A stretch of DNA of 63,936 bases, filler included, from Reticulomyxa filosa (GCA_000512085.1; 20 parts of 20 records of this genome joined end to end with filler, not necessarily neighbours in it); one strand, 5' to 3'; positions 1 to 12,564 are shown, numbered from the whole stretch's first letter. Notes: generated by a model from the sequence alone, not told the origin. Program-made: numbers and translations.

Positions 1-768
1 TATGTTTTTTTTTTTAAACAAAAAATATTTTTGTAAGAAAAAAACATTGCCACAAACGTCAAGCAAATTGTTTTTTCATCAATAACAAAAAAATAAAAAA
101 TTATTTTTGAAAGAAAAAAAGTATCAATTTCTACTTGCTAGCCATAACTTGCAGGTACCGGACACCGAATGTTAGCAAGACTAAGACTGACTAAGTAAAA
201 ATTCATCTTAAATTCACTACCACTTCAGGCAGTTATAAACCTTATTGTTGTCCTGGTCCCTTAGGCTTTACAAAATTTCATTCATTACACTTTTTTTTTT
301 TTGTATGCTCCAAAACTGATTAGAAAATTTTATCTACACAAGATTAAGATTGGACACATTTTCAATAAAAAAAATCATTTTCATTTGACATTATTGTTGC
401 ATTCATTTTGAATGCTGTGCCAAAAAAAATTACGATTATCCAAAATAAAGAAAAAAAATAAAAGACCGGGCTGGGCGTCTTCTTTGAAATTTCTTTGGAA
501 AAGCAAATAAATTATTGTAAAGAGTACAGAACAAACGTCTGCTTACGAAAATTTATTCATATTGACTTTTTCTTTCTGGATTTAGTACTCAAAAAAAGAA
601 CATTAGTCAAAAGGACATCATAACTGCCAAAATTGGGAAGATGTGTCTGAAACTGTTATGAACAAAAAGCTGGCTGCAGGTGATCTTTTGACAAGAAATG
701 TGTGAAAGATCACATATCAGAAACGGAATCAAAATCAGATCGAACAAAACAAATATGGTTTTCAAAGT

Positions 769-2393
769 TTATATTTTACGGTAAAAGCACTCGTAGCCCA
801 TTTGCCACTGGCCTCCTCCATAAAGTTTTTTAATGTCATCTGCGGACACTTCAGTAACGACTTCATCATCAAACTTCAGCCAGCCCCTTTTTGGATCTTT
901 GACATACCCAATGTAATGTCCACTGTTGGCTGACAGCCCTTTGTGAGTGACCAACCCGATTAATTCATAGTAGCCACTTTCATTCGAGCTAGGATCGACA
1001 TCCATTGCTTTGTCTTTGTCTTTGTCTTTATCTTTGTTATTATCAGTATCTTTGTTGTTATCTTTATCTTTATTTTTGTCTTTTTCTTTTTTTTCATCGT
1101 CTTGCTTCACCTCTTTGTTTTTTTCATCTTGGACGAGTTTTTCAGCCTCCCTCTTTTCGTTTTCCTTCTGCACTTGGGCTTTGCGAAAATCGCTAATTTT
1201 GGTTTTCAAAGCGTCGTTGCAAAAATCGTAAATGTCGAGTTTTTCAGGGAAGACAACGCTGCGCAGTATTTTGGCGTTGACCTGACTGGCTTGTTTCCAG
1301 AAAAAGCGAACCATTTGTATATTCAAGTATTTGGGGAGTTGAGAAATCCTGCGCGTTCGTTTGAACAGAGCGTTGCGTTGCAACGTGTTGCTTCTCTTTT
1401 CAATTTCCTGAGTCATGTCTTTGGCAATGCCATCATTGACATGTCTGGTGTCCTGATCGATGAAGCATCGAAGTTTGACAAAAGGTTCAGTCTCAAAGGC
1501 TGTCTCATCGGCATTTTCCTGACACATGGTGTTGACATCAAACACGCCACCAAAGCAAAAGTCGACCCAATTGCCCTGAGAAATGTCCTTTGACGTCATT
1601 TCGCGTTTCAGCACCGTCAATGTCTGTGTCAAGCACTCGTCACTATCTTGCTGCTGAAAATGTCCTTGCTCGGTACGAGTCGCAAATTCTGGGAACACAT
1701 TTCGAAAGTGGTCCACGAAATCTCGGGGTACCACCGATTCCGACGTGCTGTCCATTTCTGCAAACAGTCGTCCCAACAGCACCGAAAACGTTGGGTTCCC
1801 TGGAACCACGTCTTCTTGGTCCGTCTGCGTCGCACGCTTCTTCAACTCTTCTTTCAACTCTGGAATACCCTTCAGACATTGCAAGGTTGAATTCAGGTAA
1901 CACGTGTTACCCAAATTATGCAACCCTGGCGGAATCTCTGCCATTGCCTCTTGTCGCTGTGCTTCCGTCATATCCTCAATAAAGTTCACCTTCTTATCCA
2001 CGTCCATTGGTGTCGTGTCTGTCTTCTCTGCACTTCCCACCAATGTTATTATATCTTTGTTCTTCACTCCGTTTCGTAGGTCCTCGTTCGTCTCCAACTG
2101 CTTCCCTTTGCATACCAGCTTCTGTCGGCTTGGCGGCACTTGCGTCAAACTCATCACCTTTGCTTGGAATGCTTCCAACGTCTCGTCGTCCTCGATTTTC
2201 ACGTTCTTGTGCTTCGATTTACCATGCTTTATTATCACTTCAACCAGTTTGTTTTTTTTTTTTTTTTTTTTTTTTTTGGTGGTTGGTTTATTTTTTACAC
2301 ATTTTTTAGCACAACTACAGAGATTCCACAATTCATAGACAACCCATATTACACACATACACACACACACAAAGCTCACATACCTGTTTTCAT
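769..2393 (-). CDS. USP14: Proteasome-associated deubiquitinase USP14/Ubp6 (UBL + USP domain); exons about 2393-2384 and 2237-769
   Basis: UBL (VPPSRQKLVCKGKQL), Cys box GLHNLGNTCYLNST, QQDSDE, His box HKGLSANSGHY, WLKFDD, LYGGGQW. The splice ATGAAAACAG|GTATGT...AAG|TGATA gives MKTVIIKHGK. Confidence 0.95.
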
Positions 2394-2772
2394 TGTTGTT
2401 ACGTGCCCAATCTGTTATAGAGTTTTTTCTTATTAAGAATTAAATTTTTTTTTTTTTTTACAAGGAAAAGTTCGTTCGGGTGTACTTTACCTTTGGAATA
2501 ACAACACAATCCGTCTCGCTTTCCTCTCAAACAAGCACGTTGCGTAGAAATTGCAAAGTTCAGAAAAGTACAAACAGTTACTGAGGTATGGTAACTGGTA
2601 GAAAAAGTAAGGTAAAGTGCATTGTTTTGCGCAAAAGTGCAAGATATTCAACAAATTCTTCAAGAGAAGGTGTACGTTTTTCTTACAAGCACGCCAGTCA
2701 AGTGAAGAAGACAGCTGGGAGGCCGACGAACGCTGAGGGTTTCCGAAAAGTTCGTCTGAAAGAACCAACATT

Positions 2773-3357
2773 ATGGCCCACTTCATTGGTTTTCATTATC
2801 CAAAATTGTTGCTGGTCTCTTTATTGATATTTTGTTCCCCACTTTTTGCGGATGAAAGTGAGTTATTCTGTTTCAATGTATTGTTAATATATTTTGTGTT
2901 AGGAGAGTGTTACAAGTGAAGTTTTTGTAAAAGCAAAGAAATGATAACTTGAAAAAAAACAAACGGTGTGCATATATAAATATAATGTATATGTATACAA
3001 TATATGCATATGGAAATGAACAAACAGCGGCATTGCCAGGCTCAGCGCGTACACATCAAAGTCCTCCAGAGCAGCAGCACTGCCTGAACCACCCATTTGA
3101 CGTAAGCTTACCGTATTGGCGTTATGGCGGTTCGACAGTGGCAACGGAATCACTGATCCGTTTAACACCAAATACACAGTCGCGAAGTGGTTGGCTCTTC
3201 AACGATTTCGAGATCCAAAGCAACGACTGGGAGGTGGAGGCTCACTTTCGCGTGAGTTCTGACTATCACATTGGCGGTGACGGTTTTGCATTTTGGGTTC
3301 TTAATGGCACTATGCACCCAAAGGATCACAAAGTAAAAAAAAAAAAAAAAAAAAAAA
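2773..3357 (+). CDS. L-type (legume-like) lectin, VIP36/ERGIC-53 family; 3' end truncated by the contig end
   Basis: Signal-peptide exon MAHFIGFHYPKLLLVSLLIFCSPLFADE|gtgagt, then WRYGGSTVATESLIRLTPNTQSRSGWLFN and GGDGFAFW; divergent from USP14 across about 380 bp. Confidence 0.85.
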
Positions 3358-3457
3358 NNNNNNNNNNNNNNNNNNNNNNNNNNNNNNNNNNNNNNNNNNN
3401 NTTAATTAATTAANNNNNNNNNNNNNNNNNNNNNNNNNNNNNNNNNNNNNNNNNNNN
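3358..3457. other. Artificial contig linker (N44-TTAATTAATTAA-N44); identical copies start at 4654, 10423, 12316, 18810, 20723, 21929, 23481, 25232, 27634, 36608, 39053, 42104, 44660, 46487, 50113, 59272, 60831 and 62550
   Basis: Identical 100-bp blocks with a six-frame stop cassette; 19 copies split the window into 20 unrelated pieces. Confidence 0.99.
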
Positions 3458-4653
3458 TATCGGTGTGGTAAAAAGTTAGACCACAATCAGTTTTGACTAG
3501 TTATGGGACCTTACGTGAGTATAACTGAAAATTGACTTATGATGAAATTGTATTAAAATTTATAGAAACTAAAAAGTATATTTGAGTTGTCCAAGTGTTC
3601 CTCTTTCCAAAATGTCACTTGGTTGGATTATATGATATTTTGTTTTGTATTACCCTAATGAACAATGACTCAAGATTTAAGTGTTTATAAAAAAAAATGG
3701 ATACAAATTTGAAAAATTCGAAATTACAAAACCACTCTGGGACGATAGATAAATGAATTCCAAACACAGGGGTGAAATTCCGGTGAAAAATATTGATTTG
3801 GCGCAGAGTTGGACCGCAATCAGTTTTTATTCGGCTGTAATGGCCTTAATTAAGTATAACTTACAATTGACTGATAATGAAATTGTATTAATAATTATAC
3901 AAACTTATAATATATTTGAGTTATCCAAGTGCTCTTCTTTTTAAAACGCCACTTGGTTGGGTTGTGTGATGTTTAGCCTTGGAGTACTGTAATGGGGGAT
4001 GAAGGAAGAATTACGGGGTATAAAAGGACCTAAGTATTGATATCAACATTAAAATATATAAAAAACGTAAAACGACCAAACCAATCTAGGGATGATAGAC
4101 CAATATATTGCAAACAACATTTGTGAAATTCCGGTAGAAAAAATTCGGTGTGGTAAAAAGTTAGACCGCAATCAGTTTTGACTATGTTATGGGACCTTGA
4201 GTGAGTATAACTTAAAATTGACTTATGATGAAATTGTATTAAAATTTATAAAAACTAAAAAGTATATTTGAGTAGTCCAAGTGTTCCTCTTTCAAAAATC
4301 CCAACTTGGTTGGATTATATGATTTTTAGTTTTGTATTACTGTAATGAACAATGACTCAAGAATTTAGAGTTTATAAAAAAAAATGAATACAAATTTGAA
4401 AAATTCGAAATTACAAAACCACTCTGGGACGTTAGATAAATGAATTCCAAACACAGGGGTGAAATTCCGGTGAAAAAATATTGATTTGGCGCAGAGTTGG
4501 ACCGCAATCAGTTTTTATGGGCTGTAATGGTCTTAATTAAGTATAATTTAAAATTGACTGATAATGAAATTGTATTAATAATTATACAAACTTATAAATA
4601 TATTTGAGTTGCCCAAATGCTCTTCTTTTTTTACGCCACTTGGTTGGGTTGTG
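3458..4653. repeat. Tandem repeat: ~687-bp unit made of two diverged ~336/351-bp monomers (A-B-A-B)
   Basis: CGGTGTGGTAAAAAGTTAGACC at 3461 and 4146; GTGAAATTCCGGT at 3772, 4123 and 4459; A and B share GACCGCAATCAGTTTT, GAAATTGTATTAA and CCAAGTG..CACTTGG. Confidence 0.93.
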
Positions 4654-6256
4654 NNNNNNNNNNNNNNNNNNNNNNNNNNNNNNNNNNNNNNNNNNNNTTA
4701 ATTAATTAANNNNNNNNNNNNNNNNNNNNNNNNNNNNNNNNNNNNNNNNNNNNATTTAACTATGAACAATTAATAATAATATATAATGATAAAAACTTTG
4801 AAAATTTTAAATAAAAATATTAATATTAAGATTAAGTGAAAAAATGTTTATGTTAATACGAAAAACTTAGTCCCTTTTATATAACATCAAACAATCATCA
4901 CGATAAGCTAAATGTTGATCTTAGTCTTTCTTCATGATATAGAAAAAAAATGGCTTGGAAGAAGCTTAAAAAGAAATTTTTAAAAGTGTAAATGCACAAT
5001 ATTCCGAATTGGGTAACTTTGTGACTTCCCCACTTCGTTGAAAAGCAAAGAGGACCAAAGATTGAACCATTCAAAATGAATGAAAGTACATCCGCAAGCG
5101 TACTTATCATTACCGAGTACCTAATAACAAAAGGCGATTGGTGCTCGAAAACGTGAATATTTTGAAAGATACTGTTAGAGAAATTAAAGAAAGAGTTTGG
5201 AAGTGTTGAGTAATGTCAAGATATCAGTAAATCAACTTTTCTTTCTTTTGCTTCGCATCAACTTCTTTGGCACTTTTTTTTTCGTGCCGGTCTTCTCTTT
5301 CCAACAAAGATTTACGTTGTACAAAAAAGGATTAGCTGGAATTATGACATTATACAAGAGAGGAGGAAGAAAAAGAGATCATTTGATAACAACTGTTGGT
5401 TTTTTGGGGATGAACACGAAGTCCACACAACTTTCTCCAAAAGGCACTATCTGTCATCTTTATTCATTAAGCTTTATTAGGCCTTTTTCGGCTTCGCTTC
5501 TCTTTTGGTTATTTAATTTTTTCCTTCAACCGTCCGAAAAGGTCGTAACCGTATACTTGTTTGTCATAAATTTTGAGCAATCTTTCAATATGAATGCTAA
5601 CGGTATTACATTTTAAAAACTAGGCCAGATAGTACTACTGTTGTCGTCTATTAGAAAGAAATATTCCTATATTCATTCAATCTCGTTGTTGACAGGTAAA
5701 ACGAAAACTTAAAAACTCCAACACTTTGTTTTAAAAGCTATAGTTGCTTTTTTAAAGCCGAACCCGTCGCTTGCCATCACAATTACAAACAGTAAAACCA
5801 TTAATCAAAAAATCATCAGGATAAATATTTGATTGATGCAATTGTAGTCTTTTAAATTTCGGTTGTCTGGTCTTGCCAGCTCTTTTCAAAAAACGCAGTT
5901 TTCTCATAAAAAATTTTTCTATGTGCTTTCAAGCTTTCTGCATAAGAAAAATATTTTCCCGCATCAATGAAAACCATAGAGTTTTCTTTGCACTTAGCTT
6001 CTTTAGAAAAAAAGAGGCTGGACCGAACTGCAGAAAAAAAAAGCTCAATAATAAATTATTTGGTCATTAGTTGTTTTGCACTTTGAAATTCAGACCTAAC
6101 AATCATTATGGCGTCTCAAGCGAATCTCGAAGAAATCCCAAAAACGAAAAAAAAACAAAAAATCTTTGGCGGTAAGAACAGCCAAACGCTGCCTTTTTTT
6201 TTTTTTTTTCTGCGAGATTGAAAATACACTAGTCAAAAACAAAAACTAAAAAAGCA

Positions 6257-6974
6257 ATGACAACATCTCGCTGGATTGGGGTATGCGTATTTTTATGCGG
6301 AACCTTGGGCTCTTATGTTTCAGGTCCATCATTGGAGCGATTGTGGAGACTAAACTTTTACTTCCGAGATTATCGACTGACAGATACAGCAACATTGCAA
6401 AGAGAAGGAAGTAATGAGGTGATCGACTCCGTATTTGCGCCGACATTATTTGCAGCAACATGGTTGCAACAGTTGGGGTCATACTTTGGAGAAGTGGAGC
6501 AATTTGCTTGGGATGAGGCAGAAAAGAAACTTTATTTTGTGGATTCAGTGTCATCCAAAATCTTTTCGTATCACGCATCCAAAGGTATATAAAACATTGC
6601 ACAAAATCATGAAACTATATATACATATATAAATATATACATATATACATATATTGTATTATATACATAAATGAAACCATGCGAAGAAGGGAGTGAAGTA
6701 TATGAAAAAAAAAAATAAAAAATAAAAATAAAGCATTGGATATCGAACACGAATTTAACAACACTGTGACTACCGAGGGAAACACATTGGTACGCAAAGG
6801 TCCAAGTGGCATTGCACTTGACGAGACAGAGCCCACGTCTGTGTACATTAGCGAGTCCGCATTGAAACGCGTCACACGATTGAACTTGAAAACCAAGAAA
6901 GTTTGTTTTGTTGAAAGGAGAGAGAGAGAGAGTGAGAGAAAGCCAAACAAAATGTTGTTTTTTTTTTTTGATAT

Positions 6975-7008
<34 letters not shown>

Positions 7009-7805
7009 ATTGTATTTGTGTATGTGGGGAGCATTGGTTTTAGACGACAATAATTGCGGATTTAAAGCACTTAGAGTCGTCGAATGTTCCTTATCACCTA
7101 ACTTTGAGCCCATCCAAAAAGTATTTGTATCTGACGGATCCACTGGCCTCGAGCATCTATCGCGTGAATGTGAACGCAGCCCCTCATTCTCTTGAGCTGG
7201 TCACCACACAAGTAAAGCATCCGACACATATCACGTTCTCGAGCCAACAGCCGAATCGCGTGTTTGTTGGCAACTGCATTCAGGGCGACTATTCCGTATT
7301 CGTTTTTGAGGTGGACAAGAATGAACAGTGGACTCTGTTGAACGAGTGGGATAGAACGACTTTGCAATGGAACAATTCCACAATCAAAGGACACTTTGGA
7401 TGTGTGCGTGGCTTGGCTTCGATCCCTGGGTACTTGTTAGTCACTTGTCCAGGTGGACGGGTTTGCATTGTTGATGAAAAGTTTTGTACATGGCGTTAGC
7501 CTTGAAGAGAGAGAGAAAGAGAGAGAGAATGTGTTCTTCGATCGGCTTTTTTAATTGAGATGCTGGTGTTATTTCCAAACATGCGGCTCATTTTGATTCT
7601 ATTTATGTGTACGTACACGTGCATATGTGTATGTGTTCTTTTTATTTATACGAGCAGGACCGGAGTGATGAGGGCTGCCGTGAAGCTATATGATGGCATT
7701 ATATTGAATGATATTCTGATTGCAGACAATCAAATATGGATGGCTGCAAATTTCTCATTTTGGCGCTCTTATCTCAGCAATGAAAAGAAGAAAGTAGAAC
7801 TGTAA
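6257..7805 (+). CDS. Secreted or ER-luminal beta-propeller protein (SMP-30/gluconolactonase/NHL-like), 4 exons
   Basis: Hydrophobic N-terminus; blade motifs EQFAWDEAEKKLYFVD, GPSGIALDE..VYISES, LSPSKKYLYLTD, HPTHITFS; GT-AG introns join the ORF pieces; C-terminus KKVEL*. Confidence 0.7.
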
Positions 7806-8521
7806 AGTGGAAAATAAAAATTTCGGATAATACATAAATAATCTACTTTAGGGAGGGAAGGACTGATTAAGTAACAAAAAAAGAGCTGTACCATTGATGT
7901 GAACATTTTCGTTTTTTAATTGAATTAATTTTAATTCGACAATCTTTTTCTTTTTGTAATTTGTATGAGGCATAGGGAAATCTCTAATAAAGTACTGAAA
8001 GAAAAGATTTTTTCTCCATCTTTTTGATCTGGCAATGTGAACGATTATGTGGGACTTCCAAGAGCAAAAAAAAATCATTATAGAAACCTTAGGAAAAATA
8101 CAAAAATAAGAGCCCTTGATTGATACGTGTTGTTTTAAAATAACAGATTGAGGGCTAGTTTTGATATAGGAGAGAAAACATTTGACGTGAGAATAGAGTG
8201 AGGGGTAACTTAGGCCATATGAAGCGAATCACTCTAAAAAAAATCGGACTGTGTCCGAGTACATTTACTTGTTTGCCGAGAACAACTAACGAGAAAGCAT
8301 TATTTTATTCCGGCTTGTTTCACAAGCTATCATTTTTACACCGGCCTTTTTTTTGTACTGTTTTTGGGATAGTTTATGATATTAAAGAATGAAGAAAATT
8401 GCAAAATTTATGTTGTATTTGTGCGCTTTTTTTCTCTCGAAGGTGGGCTGTTCTTGGAAATAAATTGAACTTTTTGTTGCCGCAATTTTGCATCCTGTAA
8501 GCGTTTTCTAAATCATCAACA

Positions 8522-9414
8522 ATGGTATGTATGTCTGTATACTCAAAAGATTATAAATATTGATGTCTTGTTTAAAACTAAAATATGAAAAGAATCAGGA
8601 AGAGGTACTTAAAAGACTGAACGAGATTTTGAAACAGTCAGATCTCGCATCACTGACCCGAAAGACCGTGCGTAAACAATTAGAAATGGAATTAGGTGTG
8701 AATTTATCCAGTCCGGAATGGCGCGATACATTGAAAAATGCAATTAACGATTTTTTAGAACAAAGACAAAACGAAGAACAAAATCAGAACGAGGATAATA
8801 ACAGTGAGCATGGTTCTTCAGATGAGAATATACTGCCAAAAGAAGATAAAGCAAGTGAAGTCTCAAAGTATGATGAAGTGGACAGTAGGGCAGTGAAAAA
8901 AAAAAAAATGAATGATAGCAATATCCAAGCCACGAAGCGTGACAAAACAAAACCACGCAACAAGCCTAAATTTGACGAAGAAGAAGAAGAAGAAGAAGAA
9001 GGACAAGAACAACTTCCAGAACACGACGACGAAGAAAGAGCTGGAAATCAAAAACCTCTTCTTCAATATAACAAAGAAGATGATAGCTACTCCATGACAG
9101 TTATTTTTTTTTATCAAATTTCACAAGGAAACTTTATTTTCTGTAAATCAAAAAAAGGAGGAACTATGAATATCATACGTCACCGGGAAGGGGGTTTGGA
9201 ACACAATAAAACCAAAAGTTGCCAGCAGGAAGTAAACGAGTTATTATCCAGAAATTCAGAGGAAAGGCTTATGTCGGACTTCGAGAATTTTATGCGAAAG
9301 ATGGAGTAAATCTACCAACAAAAAGGAGTCAATTTGGATATGGAACAATGGAAGGCCTTTTGTACTTCAATGCAAGCAATTGACAAATGTCTTCAACAAC
9401 TCTCACGGGAATGA
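8522..9414 (+). CDS. DEK_C + PC4 domain transcriptional coactivator (KELP/Sub1-like); apparent frameshift in an A-run near 9320-9324
   Basis: ATG|gtatgt micro-exon; DEK_C ILKQSDLASLTRKTVRKQLEMELGVNLS; last exon KRVIIQKFRGKAYVGLREFYAKDGVNLPTK-(shift)-GVNLDMEQWKAF is the PC4 signature. Confidence 0.85.
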
Positions 9415-10647
9415 ACCCAAAATACAAAAAAAAATTACTCTTCCAATTTTTCAATTCCATCTCTCGTTATCTTTTGGTCGACTAACCTTAAGTGGTTTCG
9501 AACTTCGCTCGTACTCTTCTTTTTTTGTTACTTCAAAATTATTTTTTTATGCTTGTTTATTGCTAAACTTCATTATGTGATTTCTCAAAATTGTGTGCAA
9601 TTCTGTGTTATTAATAAGGTCTTCAACGTGATCATTGATTTACTCATCTCCATCTTTGTGGATTTTTTAGTTATAAAAAATATCAAAATCTTTCCCGTTG
9701 GGTTCCAAAAAATTTCATCATTTTTAACCTGAATTTTATTATGATATTGGATTATTCGCAGTTCGTAAAAAAGTGGTAATTGTTGAAGAGATGCCTTCAA
9801 AAACAAATTTTCGAATATAAAAACGCTTCCAAAGATGAATGACAAGTTTTCGCAAGTCATTCAGTGAGAAAGCGAAATTTTTTAAAAAACTAAACCAAAA
9901 CAATACGAGAACCACAAAAAAAAAGATTTGTTTTCACCAAAAAAAAATTTGTGAAAATCTCTTGAATCTTTTGACTGTCATATCTTCTTTGTCGTTGATA
10001 TCTTGTCTTTCTTCAGACAGGAGAAGACATATTGTCGTAACAAAAGCACATAACACCTTTCAACAATGTTATAAACAACGGGATTTTGTAAAAACATAAA
10101 AGAAAAATAAATTAATAAATAATGCAATAACACAAACGCTTTTTTTTTTTTTTGACTCGACATTGTTTTTATTGGTTAGTTGGGTACAAGAAATAAAAAA
10201 TAGCCAGTATTTAAACGTGGCAAAGTTGATTACTTTTTCTTGCAAATATTTCATCTTATTGATCGTAAACGAAGTGCTAAACAAATAACGAAATTATTAA
10301 AATTAACAAAAAAAATATTATGATAAAAAAGTTTGTATATATCCTAAAGAAAAAAATATATATATTATCAGTATCGAGTGATGAATCATCACCTCAGTAT
10401 TCCAACACTGTCGATACGTTTTNNNNNNNNNNNNNNNNNNNNNNNNNNNNNNNNNNNNNNNNNNNNTTAATTAATTAANNNNNNNNNNNNNNNNNNNNNN
10501 NNNNNNNNNNNNNNNNNNNNNNTTTTTTTTTTTTTTTTTTTTTTTTTTTTACGCATACGTTTTTTTTTTTTTGTACGTGCGTATATACGTATTTATATAT
10601 AATTTTTTATTTCGTTTTTACGTGTTACGTAGACATCTTTTATCCTT

Positions 10648-11160
10648 TTAAAGTGTGCACGTGACGACCTTAAATGCTTCAAAAGTTTCGATAATTTCAC
10701 CGTGCTGTCGCTCGACGGCCAGGTCTAATGGTGTTTGACCATATTTGTCTTCCAGATCAATCTGTGCTGCTCTGTAAAATAACAAAATGAAACGAACTAC
10801 GGTCAGATTGTTGAAATAACATGCCGTATGGAGCAACGTGCGTTTGTCGGACCTCTCCGTGAAATTAATGTCAATAATCTTTTCGTACGTACTCAAATAT
10901 CCCAAGGCTTTGTTCGTCGCTCTTCGGATTTCTGTTTCTTGCTTGGATTCACCAGCCGCTTTTATCAGTCCAGAGATGTTGCGGTGAAGGTACCATTGTT
11001 TTTGCAGCTCGTTGTCTTGCATGTTCAAATGTCGTTCTACTCGTGCTTTGTCGTCAGGAGACAAATGTTCCGAAAACTTTTGCAACAAGTCTGCAGTAAG
11101 GTCTTGTCGTTGTTCATCACGAGGAGAAGTTGGATTATCAGTACTTGTACTCGAAAACAT
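10648..11160 (-). CDS. Ankyrin-repeat protein (3' end probably spliced or truncated)
   Basis: TLLHTACYFNNLTVVRFIL and DKYGQTPLDLAVERQHGEII ankyrin motifs. Confidence 0.8.
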   Translation of the reverse strand: MFSSTSTDNPTSPRDEQRQDLTADLLQKFSEHLSPDDKARVERHLNMQDNELQKQWYLHRNISGLIKAAGESKQETEIRRATNKALGYLSTYEKIIDINFTERSDKRTLLHTACYFNNLTVVRFILLFYRAAQIDLEDKYGQTPLDLAVERQHGEIIETFEAFKVVTCTL

Positions 11161-11484
11161 TCCGAAAGCGAGTATACTTTTTGTGGTAGTTTAGGCAACA
11201 CAACTGAAAACTAAACTTTTTAAACAAAACCAAGACACTTTCTGGTAGGGTCTCTTTTGTACTGGACTGATACAAAAAATTTGTATTACAAAAAAAAGTA
11301 AGATAAAAATGTGTTTTTGTAATTGTAATCTGTGGCTCAAAAGCCCACAGTTAATTTTTGTATTGATGAAACTGGGGAAAATACAAAACCAGAAAATTTG
11401 GAATTAGTCGGGTTGTCGTAGTTAGAATTTTAACTTCCATTTGCAAAATCAATATTGACTACTCCGTCAAACATTATTTCGAAC

Positions 11485-12315
11485 ATGTCAGTCTTGGAAA
11501 CAGAAAAAACGAAAAACGAAAGCCATAAACATACTAATCGGTTGTCACACGAACAATCTCCGTATTTGCTACAACACGCCCACAATCCAGTGGATTGGTA
11601 CCCCTGGGGGAAAGAAGCCTTTGACAAAGCAGCAAAAGAAAACAAGTCAATTTTTCTGAGCGTCGGTTACTCCACCTGTCACGTTAAGTTGACTTCGAGA
11701 AGAGGAAAAAGAAGAAGGAGAGTATAAGCGAAAGTGAGCAAAAGGCTGTCGAAGTTGATGTCTGAAAGTGTAACAAAAAAAAAAAAAAAAAAAAAAATAG
11801 TGGTGTCACGTAATGGAGCATGAATCATTTGAAAATGAAAAAATTGCATCATTGATGAACAAGTATTTTATAAACATCAAAGTGGACAGAGAGGAAAGGC
11901 CCGACGTGGACAAGCTATACATGGTAAAAAAGTCACGCAATTCTCAAAAGTTGTCCCTCCACGCGCACACACACACACACATATAATACAAAAGTGCATA
12001 TGAAGTGATCGACCTCCTTCCCTCAATGTTGTACACATTGATTTACGTGAATGTGCCAATGCTTGTTTGTGAACCTATAACATAGTCGTACGTGACGGCG
12101 ATCCATCAACACGGAGGTTGGCCGATGTCTGTGTGGCTGACCCCTTCGTTGCATCCCATCTTCGGAGCAACCTACTTTCCGCCTCAGCAGTTTGTCGGAA
12201 TCATTTCCAAGATCAACGCCATCTGGCAGAGCAAGCCACAAGAGGTGCAATCCCAAGGCGAAGACATCATGAACATTTTAAAGAAATCAATGGAAGAAGC
12301 TTCTGAACGTTCTTC
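11485..12315 (+). CDS. SPATA20: SPATA20/SSP411/YyaL thioredoxin-domain protein, 5' part (3 exons)
   Basis: [31 protein letters not shown]|[33 protein letters not shown]; introns at 11683-11800 and about 11923-12085. Confidence 0.93.
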
Positions 12316-12564
12316 NNNNNNNNNNNNNNNNNNNNNNNNNNNNNNNNNNNNNNNNNNNNTTAATTAATTAANNNNNNNNNNNNNNNNNNNNNNNNNNNNN
12401 NNNNNNNNNNNNNNNGCAACCCAACAAAAATTACTTGTGGAACAACGTGGTGGGACTTTTTGAATTTCTTTTGTTTATTTGTAAATAAAATTCATCATTA
12501 GATTGTGTCTTGTGTGGTTGTCGCTCGAAGCACCTTGTTTTAGAAAAAAACAGTAAAGGTGGCC

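Noticed and set aside
3402-3413. Regularly recurring TTAATTAATTAA palindrome flanked by N runs
   Set aside because: It is an artificial six-frame-stop linker between contigs. It is not biological, and ORFs running into it are artefacts.
3458-4653. CRISPR-like repeat-spacer array
   Set aside because: Whole units, including the intervening sequence, are repeated. There are no unique spacers, no cas genes, and the context is eukaryotic.
9315-9330. Frameshifts in conserved genes (PC4 ~9320, RasGEF2 ~54246-54251, Sfi1-like ~62961-62969) as programmed ribosomal frameshifting
   Set aside because: All fall in A homopolymers and need shifts in different directions. Homopolymer sequencing error is far more likely; raw reads or RNA-seq would settle it.
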